This document shows positions 29,738 to 44,205 of a DNA stretch of 64,000 nucleotides, piece after piece. The stretch covers positions 49,352,001-49,416,000 of the forward strand of contig OX597831.1 of the NCBI GenBank assembly GCA_951406725.2, written 5' to 3'. The stretch's first letter is position 1; every line of letters starts with the position of its first letter. Origin of the DNA: Octopus vulgaris. Taxonomy: Eukaryota. Made by a program: the position numbers and the translations under genes. A model generated the notes under the pieces. The model did not search any database, had not been told where the DNA came from, and worked only from the letters and a program-made list of their open reading frames with translations.

Positions 29738-30428
29738 TGAAGGAGTTTCAATGAAAACAATAATGCAATAGAAATGTATATATATAAAAGCTTTTGTGAA
29801 AATTATTTCATACAGTCACAATAATAAAAGAAATATTATTAGAATATTTTTCATTTAATAGAATTTTTTCTGGAAAAAAGTTTTCGTATATTGTGTATTT
29901 TGCGTCTAGTCTGTAAGCGCTTTGTGTGCAAACGCTTTCGTTATTCAACTTTTCAAACACGCGTGTTCCGGGCTAATGCCTATAAAGGAAGAACTAAACA
30001 CAGTACGCACGAGACATAAAATACACACTATACACAAACTTCTTCAAGAAAGGTTAGTGACATTCTGTTAAATAAAAAGTATGTAGCTAATACTGCTGCC
30101 GCCGCTAATAGCGAATTTTTATTAGGCTTGTCGGCTAAATGCGATATTAGTGACTTTTTAATCTCTGGTTGACTATATACCAGGCAGCGGCCGATTTTGT
30201 TCAGCATTCAGTGCCAATAGATAATTCCTTATGACGAAGCTCAAGAAAGCAGAATAACATATTTGGCAATGCACCATTGAAGGAGAACGATTTTCATCTG
30301 CTACTAATATAAGTCTGTCTTGTTTTACACTATACGTCTATAAGAGATGCATTCTCGGGACGAATGGTGTATTTTACCAGGCTTTCAACAATATACCTGC
30401 CTTAATATGATATACAGATTAGTACATG

Positions 30429-30482
<54 letters not shown>

Positions 30483-30507
30483 CACAAACACACACACACT
30501 CACACAC

Positions 30508-30543
<36 letters not shown>

Positions 30544-30664
30544 AAACACACACACTCACACAGATATACGTATACATGAATATATGCATATGTATACATA
30601 TATATTCATACATATATACATATATGCATGTAAATGAATATATGTACATATACATATACGCATT

Positions 30665-30989
30665 TCAGTCCCACTGCGTGGCAGCTTGGGCAACTGTCTT
30701 CTACTATAGTCTCGGGCCAACCAAAGCCTTGTGAGTGGATTTGGTAGACGGAAACTGAAAGAATCCCGTCGTATATATATATATATGTATGTGTGTGTAT
30801 ATGTTTGTGCGTCTGTGTTTGTCCCCCACAAGATCGCTTGACAACCGATGCTGGTGTGTTTACGTCCCCGTAACTTAGCGGTTCGACAAAAGAGACCGAT
30901 AGAATAAGTCTTGGAGTCAATTTGCTCGACTAAAGGCGGTGCACCAGCATGGCCACAGTCAAATGACTGAAACAAGTAAACAGAGTAAA
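30665..30989 (+). mobile_element. SINE family A, truncated within the head
   Basis: Homology to the other copies. Confidence 0.82.
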
Positions 30990-31166
30990 TATATATATAT
31001 ATATATATATTTAAAGTGCTAAAAAACTATGTGGTTAGCCATATGCCAGAAGTAGATCACCTGCGATCAAACTACAAAGAAAAGAGTGTTCTCTAGAGAA
31101 AAATTCAGCGGACACCAGAACAGTATGTGGGCAAGACAAATGAAAATGATATAAAAACAAGAATTA

Positions 31167-31235
31167 ATCGCAGACCTAGGTTTCGCCTATTAACGAATCG
31201 TAATCGTAATCGTCTGTAGGGCTCGTCAGTACGAT
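31167..31235 (-). ncRNA. Minimal type-I hammerhead ribozyme motif at the 3' end of the Penelope-like element
   Basis: atcgta CTGACGA gcccta..taggc GAAA CCTAGG TC tgcgat. Confidence 0.88.
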
Positions 31236-32465
31236 CGTTCCATAGGTAATATAATTTGTAAAACTAACCACCAGTTTTCCGAATAAAAACAGACACATGC
31301 TTAGTTTCACCGATTACATTAGGTTTAGAACTCAGACATTTGAAATTAGCCCCAATGTAATCAGTGAAACTAAGCACGTGTCTGCTTTTATACGGAAAAC
31401 TGGTGGTTAGTTTTACAAATTATATTACTTTGAAAAGGGCATGTTATAAGTTTTCCATAAACACAATTGTTAGTATGCATGTAGTTTAACTTTTCACTTT
31501 TAGTTCATTTTTGGTGGTTGTAGTTGGCTGTAGTTTTTTTTTCAAAGTTGTTTGTTGAGGAATGAGATAATTTAGTTATTAGTTTGTAGTTCTCGTGGTT
31601 GGGGTGAAAATGTATTTGCAGTAATTTGAAAAATGATATGGCTATTAGTGTGGAGACTAGTATGTTGAAGGGGGATTAACCAGATCATTTTTCTTTTTCT
31701 AATTTTACGTTTTTATTTATTAAGGGAGGTTCGCTGTTTTTGTATATTGCTCTTTTTCCTTGTAACTGCTAATATTGAGAGCTTTGTTCCACAGAGTTGG
31801 TATTTATTTAGTACTTTTTCGATTGAAGATAAAGGAGAAAGTCTTAGATATATGTTCTTTATTAAATATACAAAAATGCTTTTGGAGTGGTTGGATTACC
31901 TATGTATATATCGAATCTTTTTGTTCTCTCCTTTGTAGGGTTTATAAATACTAGATTCAAGGTAAAGGTTAAACATCAAGGAAGTTGATTGATTTTCTAC
32001 TGTAATAGAGAAGCCTAAATTTTTAAAGAAGTAGTGTAGTTCTTTTTTAAATTTATTAGTTTTTGTGGGTTATAGTTTCTTTGTAAGAGTCGATCATCAT
32101 CTCTATATAAACCATCTAAGGCGGATGAAAATTTGCTGTGTAAGTCTTCTAATAAGTAAAAGCCAACAAAGTCGCTTATATTTGCCGAGTACTTAGATCT
32201 CATTCTTACATCAAACGGTTCTTTAGTGTTTTTCTTAATCCACAAAGCATTGCTATAGAAGAGGAGTGATTTTCCTGCTTGTAATATTGCTTTTGTTTTT
32301 TAATGTCGTTTATTGTGGTTATTGTTAGCGAAGTTCAAATCAACCTTAAGAATCGGTTCTGTTATTGATGCGTAACGACCCCATCACAACTGAACCCCAC
32401 ACATCTCGGAAATTTTTTTTATCTCAACAGAAAGTATATTGAGCCAAGATTGATTTGATGCACCA

Positions 32466-32506
32466 CAGTCCGATGATGGCTTAGCTGGCCGAAACTTCAA
32501 AGCCTG
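32466..32506 (+). ncRNA. Degenerate hammerhead-like motif, inverted, at the other end of the Penelope-like element
   Basis: CCGATGA t ggct tagc tggcc GAAA cttcaaag cc; stem II and core boxes present, but UH site and stem I are degraded. Confidence 0.45.
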
Positions 32507-32687
32507 TCAATGCTATTCTTGTTAAGGGATATATATATATATCTATAAAATAATATGTGACAATTATTCGAATAAGTACTCGGCTTACAAAGAATAAGTC
32601 CTGGGGTCGATTTGCTCGACTAAAGGCAGTGCTTCAGCACGGCCGCAGTCAAATGACTGAAACAAGTAAAAGAGTAAAGAGTAAAGA

Positions 32688-32759
<72 letters not shown>

Positions 32760-33242
32760 ATATATGTATTTATGTGTGTGTGTATGTGTGTTTGTATGCG
32801 TGTTTGTGTATGCGTGTACGTAAATATAAAACTCATACAAGCAGATATGCATATAAACTCGCACACAACTGTCTTGAAATATTATGACTTTCGTCTGTGA
32901 TTATAGATTGAAGGAAGCGAACAGATGGTAAAAACACGGTTAACTGATCTATATCTTCACTTCCTTCTTCTAACGCATATCTCTTGAAAACTTTCTAGCG
33001 CGTCTCCAATTGGTGACTACATAAAAACAAACATTTCGAAGAAAGACTAGACAAAGACAAACTTAATAGATTTGAAAGATTTCAATGTTCAAAAAAGAAC
33101 AAATAACTAACAGCGATAAAAAAAATATATATATAGAATAAGTTGACAAATGACAAATTTAAGAGCTGAAATACAAGGAAAAATTAACATATGATGTGAG
33201 AGACAACGTGTAACAGTGAGAAAAAGAGAGAAAGAGAGAGGG

Positions 33243-33312
<70 letters not shown>

Positions 33313-33315
<3 letters not shown>

Positions 33316-33650
33316 TAGATAATTGGTACCACAAAGCACCAATATTTACTGGAAAATAGCAATCGTAATAAATACGACGCTATTGTATAGCTTCACTGCG
33401 CATATTCTAGCAAAGACGCGTGTGTGCGACAAACATGAAAAAATTTGTCTTACCGCTAGGAAGAACATCTGATAAATAGACAACTGGAATTGGATAATGC
33501 AGGACCGGTTTCTGACTCTTCAAATACGTTTGACAACGTAAATTTGATTAGTCTTCATCAGCTGCATTCACCTAGACAAGATTTCAAATGTTGCCGCATC
33601 AATACCAGTATACTCGTCTGAACGCCAAAACGTTAACAGAACGAGAACAG
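33313..33650 (-). mobile_element. TA-anchored hammerhead cassette, copy 2
   Basis: Highly similar to 29398-29737; (TA)n on both sides. Confidence 0.85.
33496..33568 (-). ncRNA. Minimal type-I hammerhead ribozyme motif (sister of 29583-29655)
   Basis: aatgcag CTGATGA a gact aa tcaaa tt tacg ttgtcaaa cgta tttga ag agtc a GAAA CCGG TC ctgcatt; three-segment stem II fully paired. Confidence 0.88.
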
Positions 33651-33717
33651 CCATAATATATATATATAGAGAGAGAGAAAGAGAGAAAGAGAGAGCGAGA
33701 GAGAGAGCGCGAGAGAT

Positions 33718-34168
33718 ACTCTTTTACTCTTTACTTGTTTCAGTCATTTGACGGTGGCCATGCTGGAGCACTGCCTTTAGTCGAGCAAATCGACCCTAGG
33801 ACTTATTCATTGTAAGCCTAGTACTTATTCTATCGGTCTCGTTTGCCGAACCGCTAATGTATGGGGACGTAAACACACCAGCATCGGTTGTCAAGCGATG
33901 TTGGGGGGAACACAGACACACAAACATACACACGCACACACACACACGCACACACACACACACACGCACACACACACACACATATACATACATATACATA
34001 TATACGACAGGCTTCTTTCAGTTTCCGTCTAACAAATCCACTCACAAGGCTTTGGTCGGCCCGAGGCTATAGTAGAAGACACTTGCCCGAGGTGGCACGC
34101 AGTGGGACTGAACCTGGAAATATGTGATTGCTAAGCGAGCTACTTACCACACAGCCACTCCTATGCCT
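33718..34168 (-). mobile_element. SINE family A, full length
   Basis: Homology to the other copies; the head segment is tandemly duplicated at about 34170-34197. Confidence 0.85.
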
Positions 34169-34285
34169 ATACTTACCATACAGCCACTACTACGCCTATG
34201 TGATAGTGAAGAAGTGAAAGAAAACAGGCTTAGATATGAGTCACTGTATTTTATTACACTGCACATGTAGCAGCTGAAGGGATGC

Positions 34286-34358
<73 letters not shown>

Positions 34359-34359
<1 letters not shown>

Positions 34360-34845
34360 TACATTGTTTTGTCTTGATATAAAAGATGGGCTACAGCAAA
34401 TATTCTGCTCAATACCACAGATTTGCTTGTCAGTTGTTTGACCTTAACCAGTTGAGCATGTCCCTTAGTGGCTGACGATATGTGCATCTCTGATCACGAG
34501 CAGAAGTAGTGGGGGAGCATCATAGCCATGTGTTGAGAGGGATTCTTTGGGGTTTGAATAATTCACCTCTGGAAACATGGGTGGTTCTTTCAACATCCTT
34601 AAACAACCCTTATTCAGGGACCTTTCGAGCGGGATGGGCTACTCAACCTGAAGAAAATTCTAACTGGGCCCCACCTGCAAGGTCATGTGCTGTTTATCTT
34701 GATATGAGATCACCATGTCGCGCACATATGGTTGTGATGCATGTGCCTGGTGTACCATTATCAGACGGGTAGTCATGATGGGTATATTGGGCTTCGTATA
34801 TTTTATCCCAGTGTCACTTTGATGGCATGCACTGCTCTCTCACTC
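34359..34845. mobile_element. Interspersed element of about 490 bp inserted inside an (AAT)n tract
   Basis: GC-richer block with sharp edges and long (AAT)n on both sides; no convincing ORF; family not identified. Confidence 0.6.
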
Positions 34846-34883
<38 letters not shown>

Positions 34884-35105
34884 CAGTTTCAAATTTTGGC
34901 ACAAGGGCTGCAATTTTAGAGGAGGGAACACTGGAGGTCGATATAATCGATCTCCAGTGTTCAACTGGTACTTATTTCATCGACCCCGAAAAGAAGAAAG
35001 GCAAAGTCAACTTCGATGGAATTTGAATTCAGAACGTTTGCGACAGGCGAAACACTGCTAAGCATTTCTCCCAGTGTCCTAACAATTCTGCCAACTCACC
35101 GCCTT

Positions 35106-35188
<83 letters not shown>

Positions 35189-37838
35189 ATAATAATAATT
35201 CTTTTTTGCTGTAGGCACAAGGGCTGGGGAAAGTAGAGGAGCTTGTCGATCATATCAACCCCAGAACTTAACGGGTGCTTATTTCATAGCTCTCTCCCAC
35301 AGAAGATGAAAATCAAAATTGACCTCTGTGGAATTTGAACTCAGAAAGTAAAGACGGAAGCAATGCCACACGTGCTAATGGTTCTGTCAGATCGCTGCAT
35401 GTTCAAGTATAATACAGCCAACAATCAATCACCAATAAGTATGGATGGTTTGGTTGCATGTATTATGCTTTCGCGATATTTGTTCTGGCTGGATGTGCTG
35501 TGAGTTTAAATCCCACCAAGGCCTTCCGTTCTTTTATGGTCAATACAATTTATAACCAGTCGAGGGAAATGAACTGACAGAAGCTTGAGAGCCTTGGACT
35601 AGATAGCATGCGCTATTTCTGCTCTCAATGTTAGACTTATGTGGTAGACCAAAATCGGTTGCCCGCCACTGGGTTTTGGGTAACTGTAGCAAGCATTCAA
35701 ATCATGTCTTCGGTAAGAAGATAATTTTTTCCCTTTATTTAAGCAACCTCGATGACCCTTAAAATCTAAAGGATCGTATTTGTTGCACTTCCTTTTTTGA
35801 CTAAACAGTAAGAAAAAAATAAAAGAATAAAAATCACTCAAACACCCACATATCCACAACCATAAATATCACTTACTAGCTTTATTAATAGTTTTTCTAA
35901 TACTGGTTTCAAATTGTGGCAGCGATGTCGGAGGAGGGGCTAAGTCGAATAATTGACACCAGTGCTCAACTGGTACTTTTTTATCCACCCCGAAAGGATG
36001 AAAGGTAAAGTCGTCCTCTGCGGAATTTGAACTCAGAACATAAAGACAGCGAAATGCCGCTAAGCATTTTGCCCGGCGTACTCACGATTCTGTCAACTTG
36101 CTGCCTTCAAAGGATTTTCTAATATTGGCCCAGTACTCCACTCAAAGAAGAATATTGTAAATTGAATCTAGCTCTGCTCGTGTCTATTGTTTTAAAATTT
36201 TATCTCAGATCGACGAAATGATAAATCAACACTGACAGGATTGGATCTCACCACGAAGAAAAACGACTTGTTTCTTATCAATGTGATTATTTGCCACGAA
36301 CTAGTGGCATCCATACTTTTCTTTCCAAGCCAGTTAGTCGCAGCCCAAGAGAATTGGTTTAATATCTCACGAACTCTTTTTGCAGGATGTATATTTCTTG
36401 CCGTTACAAGATCTGTTTCTTTTTACTTCGTACACATGCATTATATATTAATGGAAGAGAAATTGAAGTTGTGATATTTTAAAAGGTATATAGTGGTAAT
36501 TGAGTGCGTGGGCTCCAAAGCTTATTTGAAGCTACGCGTCCATCTGAGTTGCCTTGAGTATCGTTTGAGTTATTACTACAACGATGATATTGGTTATAGC
36601 TCCAGGAAAGCACACATCTAATAGACCGATAATGAAAAGCTTTCTAGCCATGACTATTCGACTGTTATTTCGTGTACAGTATAACTAGGTTTCTGTTATG
36701 CAATATCTCCTGCTTGCTGTTAAAAGATTAGGGTCAAATTTGATGGTGATTTTGCTGTATTGATTTGCAAGTTGAGTGACCGCATGAAGATTTCCTCATC
36801 GATTCGTAAATAATCTTTTTTTTTTTTAAGGAAACTTTGAAATCTTTTGTAAATGAATCATTAGTGGTATGGTTGATTGAAGAGACCCTAGAACATTACT
36901 GGTTCTTACTCTAATGATTTCAGAAGTGGCATTGCAAACACATATTCTAGACAGCTTGTTAGATAGATTGAGGGAGAGAGAATCAATAATGTATTGAATT
37001 TAGTTTGACGCTTGCTGTTTCCGTTGCACTGAATGTTATACAACAAAATAATACAACAAAAAAGATTCTGACATAAGATAATATTACTAACTCTTTTGTT
37101 TGCAGTAAAGACAAATACCACTAGAAGAATGTTAACTAACCCATAGAAAGCAAAGCAACGTACATTACTTGACAAAATCTGTTTCATTGGAGACAATCAC
37201 TTCTATACATTTTAATGTGTATCACGCACTCAAAATTAATGGAGCTTTTAGTTCTCTAACACGCAATGCGATAAAGACGCTATCTACATAAATTATTGTC
37301 TAAAAGTGCTCTTCAGAAAAAAAGGCTTTTTGCTCTGTATTTATGGGTGTGTCCATACAAATGCGAATACATACGCACACACATATTCGTGTAAACACAT
37401 ACATATTTTGTACACTCACATATCCCCAACCCCCACACATAAATATATGTTTGCAGTTGATAACTGTTTGCGTCAATGCAAAAAAAAAAAAAAAAAGAAA
37501 CCCGCCAGTAAAAAGCTACACGGCTGTTATTCGTAAACCTTTGTTTGAAATATTGGCTAAGCAAACAGTTTAAAGAGATTTCATATACTTGAAATTGTTT
37601 ATACTATGTTAGGATTTCGTCTAAGTGGAACTCGAAATCCCATATGTTCTTCATTTATTTGTAAATATCGAAATGTCCCCACCCAGCCTGCCAATAGATC
37701 AATGCGGCTGAACACCCATAAATTGTGAGAGGGAATCAACGGAATATGCTTATTAGTCTAATCTTTTATGTAACTGATTTATTGCTGACGGTATTAAGTT
37801 TGACAACTTCATTATTTTGTGACAGCTGGATTGTAGCA

Positions 37839-38678
37839 ATACATACATACATACAAGCATACATACATGCATACATACATACATACATACATACATGCAT
37901 ACATACACACAAGCATACATACATACATGCATACATACATACATACATACATACATACATACACACAAGCATACATACATACATACATACATACATACAT
38001 ACATACATACATGTACATACATGTACATACATACATACATACATACATACACACAAGCATACAAACATACATACATACATACATACATACATGTACATAC
38101 ATGTACATACATACATACATACATGCAAGCATACATATATACATACATGCATAATACATACACACAAGCATACATACATACATGCATACCTACATACATA
38201 ATACATACATACAAGCATACATATACACATACATACATACATACATACATACATACATACATACATACATACATACATACATACATACATACATACACAC
38301 AAGCATACATACATACATACATACATACATACATACATACACACAAGCATACATACATACATACATACATACATACATGTACATACATACATACATACAT
38401 ACATACATACATACACACAAGCATACAAACATACATACATACATACATACATGTACATACATGTACATACATACATACATACATACATACATGTACATAC
38501 ATGTACATACATACATACATACATACATGCAAGCATACATATATACATACATGCATAATACATACACACAAGCATACATACATACATGCATACCTACATA
38601 CATAATACATACATACAAGCATACATATACACATACATACATACATACATACATACATACATACATACATACATACAT
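37839..38678. repeat. (ACAT)n satellite with a higher-order duplication of about 404 bp
   Basis: The variant block acatgcaagc..catacctacatacataatac occurs at 38121 and 38525. Confidence 0.85.
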
Positions 38679-39271
38679 AAATGTAGCCTTTTGCTTGCAT
38701 ATAAAAACTTTTTCACACACACATACACTACACTCACACATACACTCACCCACAAACGCACCCACATATATGTAGTCTGTATTACTAATCGGCATTGTAA
38801 CAATGGTCTGTAACATGAGTCCGAATTATGGTTTGTGAAGATTTTTCAAGTTCAATAAAATAGTATACACACACACGCACACACACGCGCTCAAATACAC
38901 ACACACTCACATTTATATATATATAACAGAGTTATTAGTGAGTGATTATCAATCCGGGCAAAATACTTTATAAGCTCTCTGTTATTACACCAGACTAACA
39001 ATATTATTTTGATTAGTACAGAATTCCATATATTCTTGAGGCAGGGCCCGAGCTTATAGTTCATCACCATTCTATATTGAAAACATATGCCTATGTTCCA
39101 GTTATACAGGATTTTAAACAGTGTGGTATACAAGGCAACCTGTACCCAGTAGTCATTATAGGTTCAGACCTATGACTACTGGTAACGGATGTAAATCAAA
39201 TTTGTTACGATAAAGAAAAAATATGTAATGGTCATTATTTGGACGTTGTCTATATTATATCATACCATCCC

Positions 39272-39327
<56 letters not shown>

Positions 39328-39332
39328 TATAC

Positions 39333-39772
<440 letters not shown>

Positions 39773-39802
39773 AATATACTATATTAATATATATATATAT
39801 AC

Positions 39803-39852
<50 letters not shown>

Positions 39853-40031
39853 ACACACACACACATATATATATATCACCGTGATCACCGTGACCGACCA
39901 GGTTATCAGATGTTGCTACACATCGCTGGTCACAATGCGCTTCGCATTGTTTTAGCCTTCAAATGACGCCACCCCGCTGGCTAAGCGAGCAGGCCAATAT
40001 ATATATATATATAGACATATATATATAGATA

Positions 40032-40085
<54 letters not shown>

Positions 40086-40208
40086 AACACACAAGGTATA
40101 AATGAAGGTCATTTGGGATTTATGTAGGTTCAAAGTTGGGAAAAAACAGGACAGTGGAGACATACAAGGAAACCGAATGAAAACACACACTCATACACAC
40201 ACACACGT

Positions 40209-40242
<34 letters not shown>

Positions 40243-40653
40243 GTATATCACCGGTGTAAGCAGTTGGAGCACTGCGAATCTAACGCGTACTTTGTTCTTT
40301 ACTTATACTGAGTTCACTTCCACAAGAAGAAAAAGGGTATCTGCGATAGGCTAACTTTCTATTCGATGGAGTGAAGAAACAAGATTTATCTGTCAGTCGA
40401 TTAACGTACTGGAATTCGTTGGTAAAGCTGCACAGTAGCCATTTTGACCCCTGTTCTTCAGATTTAGATTTATTTTAATTTCAATTCAAACTTCAATAAT
40501 TGGTGCAAGTGTGATTATCCATATCAAGTTTCTTTACAAAATAAAAATCACGACGTCTTTTCCTACTTTACTGAATTGATTTTGATTACAAAAATATATC
40601 TATGCCTTTTATCTGAAGCCAGATTCGGAAACTATGACAAAAGGAACCAATTA

Positions 40654-40710
<57 letters not shown>

Positions 40711-41507
40711 CTGCCAATACAAAATTCCTACCGCTTTATATAAATCAGTCTTTCACGTAATCAATATTAACGAGCCAATAACGTAAGCAATTTTATTCAT
40801 TTTTTCATATAATGTTATTCTAATTAGAATAGGTAGGTTATATATCAGTTCATTTAGGATTCGGCATCTTTCTTGCACAATCAATATTTAATTAGCGTAG
40901 CAATGGCTATATGTCTCTCTCTATTTCTCTCTCTCACACACACACACATACACATATGTAAGTATGTATTATGTATTTAGCATATATTTTACATTCACAC
41001 CACGCTACACATCATACATTCAGTTAGAGAAAATATTCATATCAAAGCTGAATATATATATATATATATGATTGGATTGTACAATGCAGTGAACTAAAAA
41101 GTGACAATATTTGCTGAATAATCAGCTCAAAAGCGTTGTGCTACGTTAGTATATAACGAAGTGTCTTCAATCTTGCTACTACCAGTTTTAGCTTAACAAA
41201 ACATGCATGTGTGATATACCAATATGTATGTACGTATATACGTATGTATGTATGTATGTGTGTGTGTATGTGTGTGTGTATGAATTATGTATGTGTGTGT
41301 GTATGTATATATGTTGTTATTTCGTAAATGTAAGGTAAATGTATGTATAATTATGTATATTTTTTATTTATGATTTGGTTTGTGTCTACCATTGTTTGAA
41401 TTGCATAATAGTGGTTCTTCTCTAATTTATATACTATATATTTATATTGTGAAATTTGATTTAATACTAAATTGAATTTTTCCCTGTAAGTTTGGAGTTA
41501 TACTCCC

Positions 41508-41538
<31 letters not shown>

Positions 41539-41542
41539 ATTA

Positions 41543-41693
<151 letters not shown>

Positions 41694-41990
41694 TACGTAA
41701 ATTTAAGATATATCAGTATAAGTTTTATTAGGTCACTGTGTTAATGCAATAGGATATGATATAATAATCGACTTTCGTATATATATGATATCGAGTCGAC
41801 TGAGTACCGAACGAACTAATCAAGAGATCAACGGTTTGTCTCGCATCACCGCTTTGTGTAGCGTATTTGTAGCTCTTACATTACTAAGACAAACTCCAAT
41901 TGTTCTCAGAAGGAAAGCTCTTTTGCTGAGAGTGGTAGGTTTTCATCAACAGAGTTTTGTCTTTCATTCGTTTTACCGACAGAAGTTATA

Positions 41991-42499
41991 AACATAAGGG
42001 ACTAAAGCCATCTGAATATGGCTAGGGACAGGGCAGGGTGGTGGGGGTGTTACTGTTGCATTTAGCCCCAGGCGAACATCAACGTCGCCAGATAGGCTTG
42101 ACACCATCACGGCGTCCTTTATCCTGCAAAGGGAGATAATTCCCCGATGAAGCGGAAACCACACACGGACCCAGGTTTCAAGGTGTATTGCCTATCATCA
42201 ACGTGTGGTAGGCCCCCGCTTCCTCGACGAAATCTCACTCTGCAGGATATTTATATATAGATTTTCAAGCAAAATACATTTGCTGATTTCGAAAATCTGT
42301 TCGACAGCAATAATAATTCTCTAAATGAGATATAGACAGTAACTGCTCCATAACATAAGGGACTAAAGCCATCTGAATATGGCTAGGGACAGGGCAGGGT
42401 GGTGGGGGTGTTACTGTTGCATTTAGCCCCAGGCGAACATCAACGTCGCCAGATAGGCTTGACACCATCACGGCGTCCTTTATCCTGCAAAGGGAGATA
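41991..42499. repeat. Exact 148-bp direct repeat pair (41991-42138, 42352-42499)
   Basis: Base-by-base identical by eye; 213-bp unique spacer. Confidence 0.92.
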
Positions 42500-42847
42500 G
42501 GCTTCAATGAATTTGTGATTCGGAAAACAAACAGAAAGAAAAAAATGGAATTCGTGTTACAAAAGTGGAATAAATGTAGCTGGACATGATAACGACAGTG
42601 TTTTAGGAACGAAGATGATATCCATCTTTCGATGCACAAAACATAATGCTGACAATGCCGATGATTAAAAGGAGCTTAATGTTGTCTCGGAGGAGGAGGA
42701 GGTTGATTATGATCAGGGTATGACGAGGAAGTGAAGAGAAGCAGATAATCGATGAGAAAAAAGCAGATAAGTTGATGAGGATCACGAGGACTATGATGTC
42801 AATGATTACAGCGGAGAGAGACAGTAAAAAATATGTAGCAGCTTCCA

Positions 42848-43293
<446 letters not shown>

Positions 43294-43513
43294 AATAAAG
43301 GCATGTGGCCAACTTAAAGTAAAAGGTACGCTCTTTTGTTTGTTTTGGCTGAGAGTCGTAGCTGGTCGTTGAAGTACGGTATCATCTGTCAACCAAGGAT
43401 TCATGGGTTTCCCTAGTAAAAAGGTACGCCGTGAAGTATTTCTAATCTTACCACAAGGCCAGCAATTTGGAAGGCAGGGCGATATTCAATTACACCGAAT
43501 CCTGTAATTGATT

Positions 43514-44174
43514 ATTCTTTTATTTGTTTCAGTCATTTGACTGCGACCATACTGGAGCACTACCTTTTGTCGAGCAAATCCACCTAAGTATTTATTCTCT
43601 GTAAGCCTAATACTTATTCTATCGGTCTCTTTTGCCGATCCTCTAAGTTACGGAGACATAAACACTCCAACATTGGTTGTCAAGCTACGATGCGGGGACA
43701 AACACAGACGCACAAACACACTGACACACAAACGCACGCACAAACACACACTCTCTCACACACATACACACACACACAACGACGACGACGGGCTTCTTTC
43801 AGTTTCCGTCAACCAAATCTGCTCACAAGGCCTTGGTTGGTCCGAGGGTATAGTAGAAGTTACATGCCCAAGGTACCAGGTAGTGGGACTGAACCCGGAA
43901 CCATGTGGTCGGTAAGCAAGATCCTTACCACACAACCACTCCTGTGCCTAGCCACTCCTCTTGGTTTACTCTTTTACTTGTTTCAGTCATTTGACTGCGG
44001 CCATGCTGGAGCACTGCCTTTAGTCGAGCAAATCGACCCCAGGACTTACTCTTTGTAAGCCTGGTATTTATTCTATCGGTCTCTTTTTGCCGAACCGCTA
44101 AGTTATTGGGATGTAAACACACCAACATCGTTTGTCAAGCGATGTTGGGGAAACAAACACAGACATATAAACGT

Positions 44175-44205
<31 letters not shown>

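Larger units (their letters stand above)
31011..32527 (-). mobile_element. Decayed Penelope-like retroelement (RT core, thumb, linker, start of GIY-YIG, 3' hammerhead) flanked by (TA)n
   Basis: Minus-strand translations: YASITEPIL..KSLLFYSNALWIKKNTKEPFDVRMRS..ANISDFVGFYLL..GLYRDD (Penelope-type RT), then YKPY..YIHR*SNH, an NPP linker and NII..YIG near 31351. Hammerhead at 31167-31235; TA tracts at both ends. Confidence 0.85.

Noticed and set aside
42144-42180. CCGATGA-agcg-GAAAcc hammerhead-like string
   Set aside because: No stem II and no convincing stem I; probably chance or too decayed.
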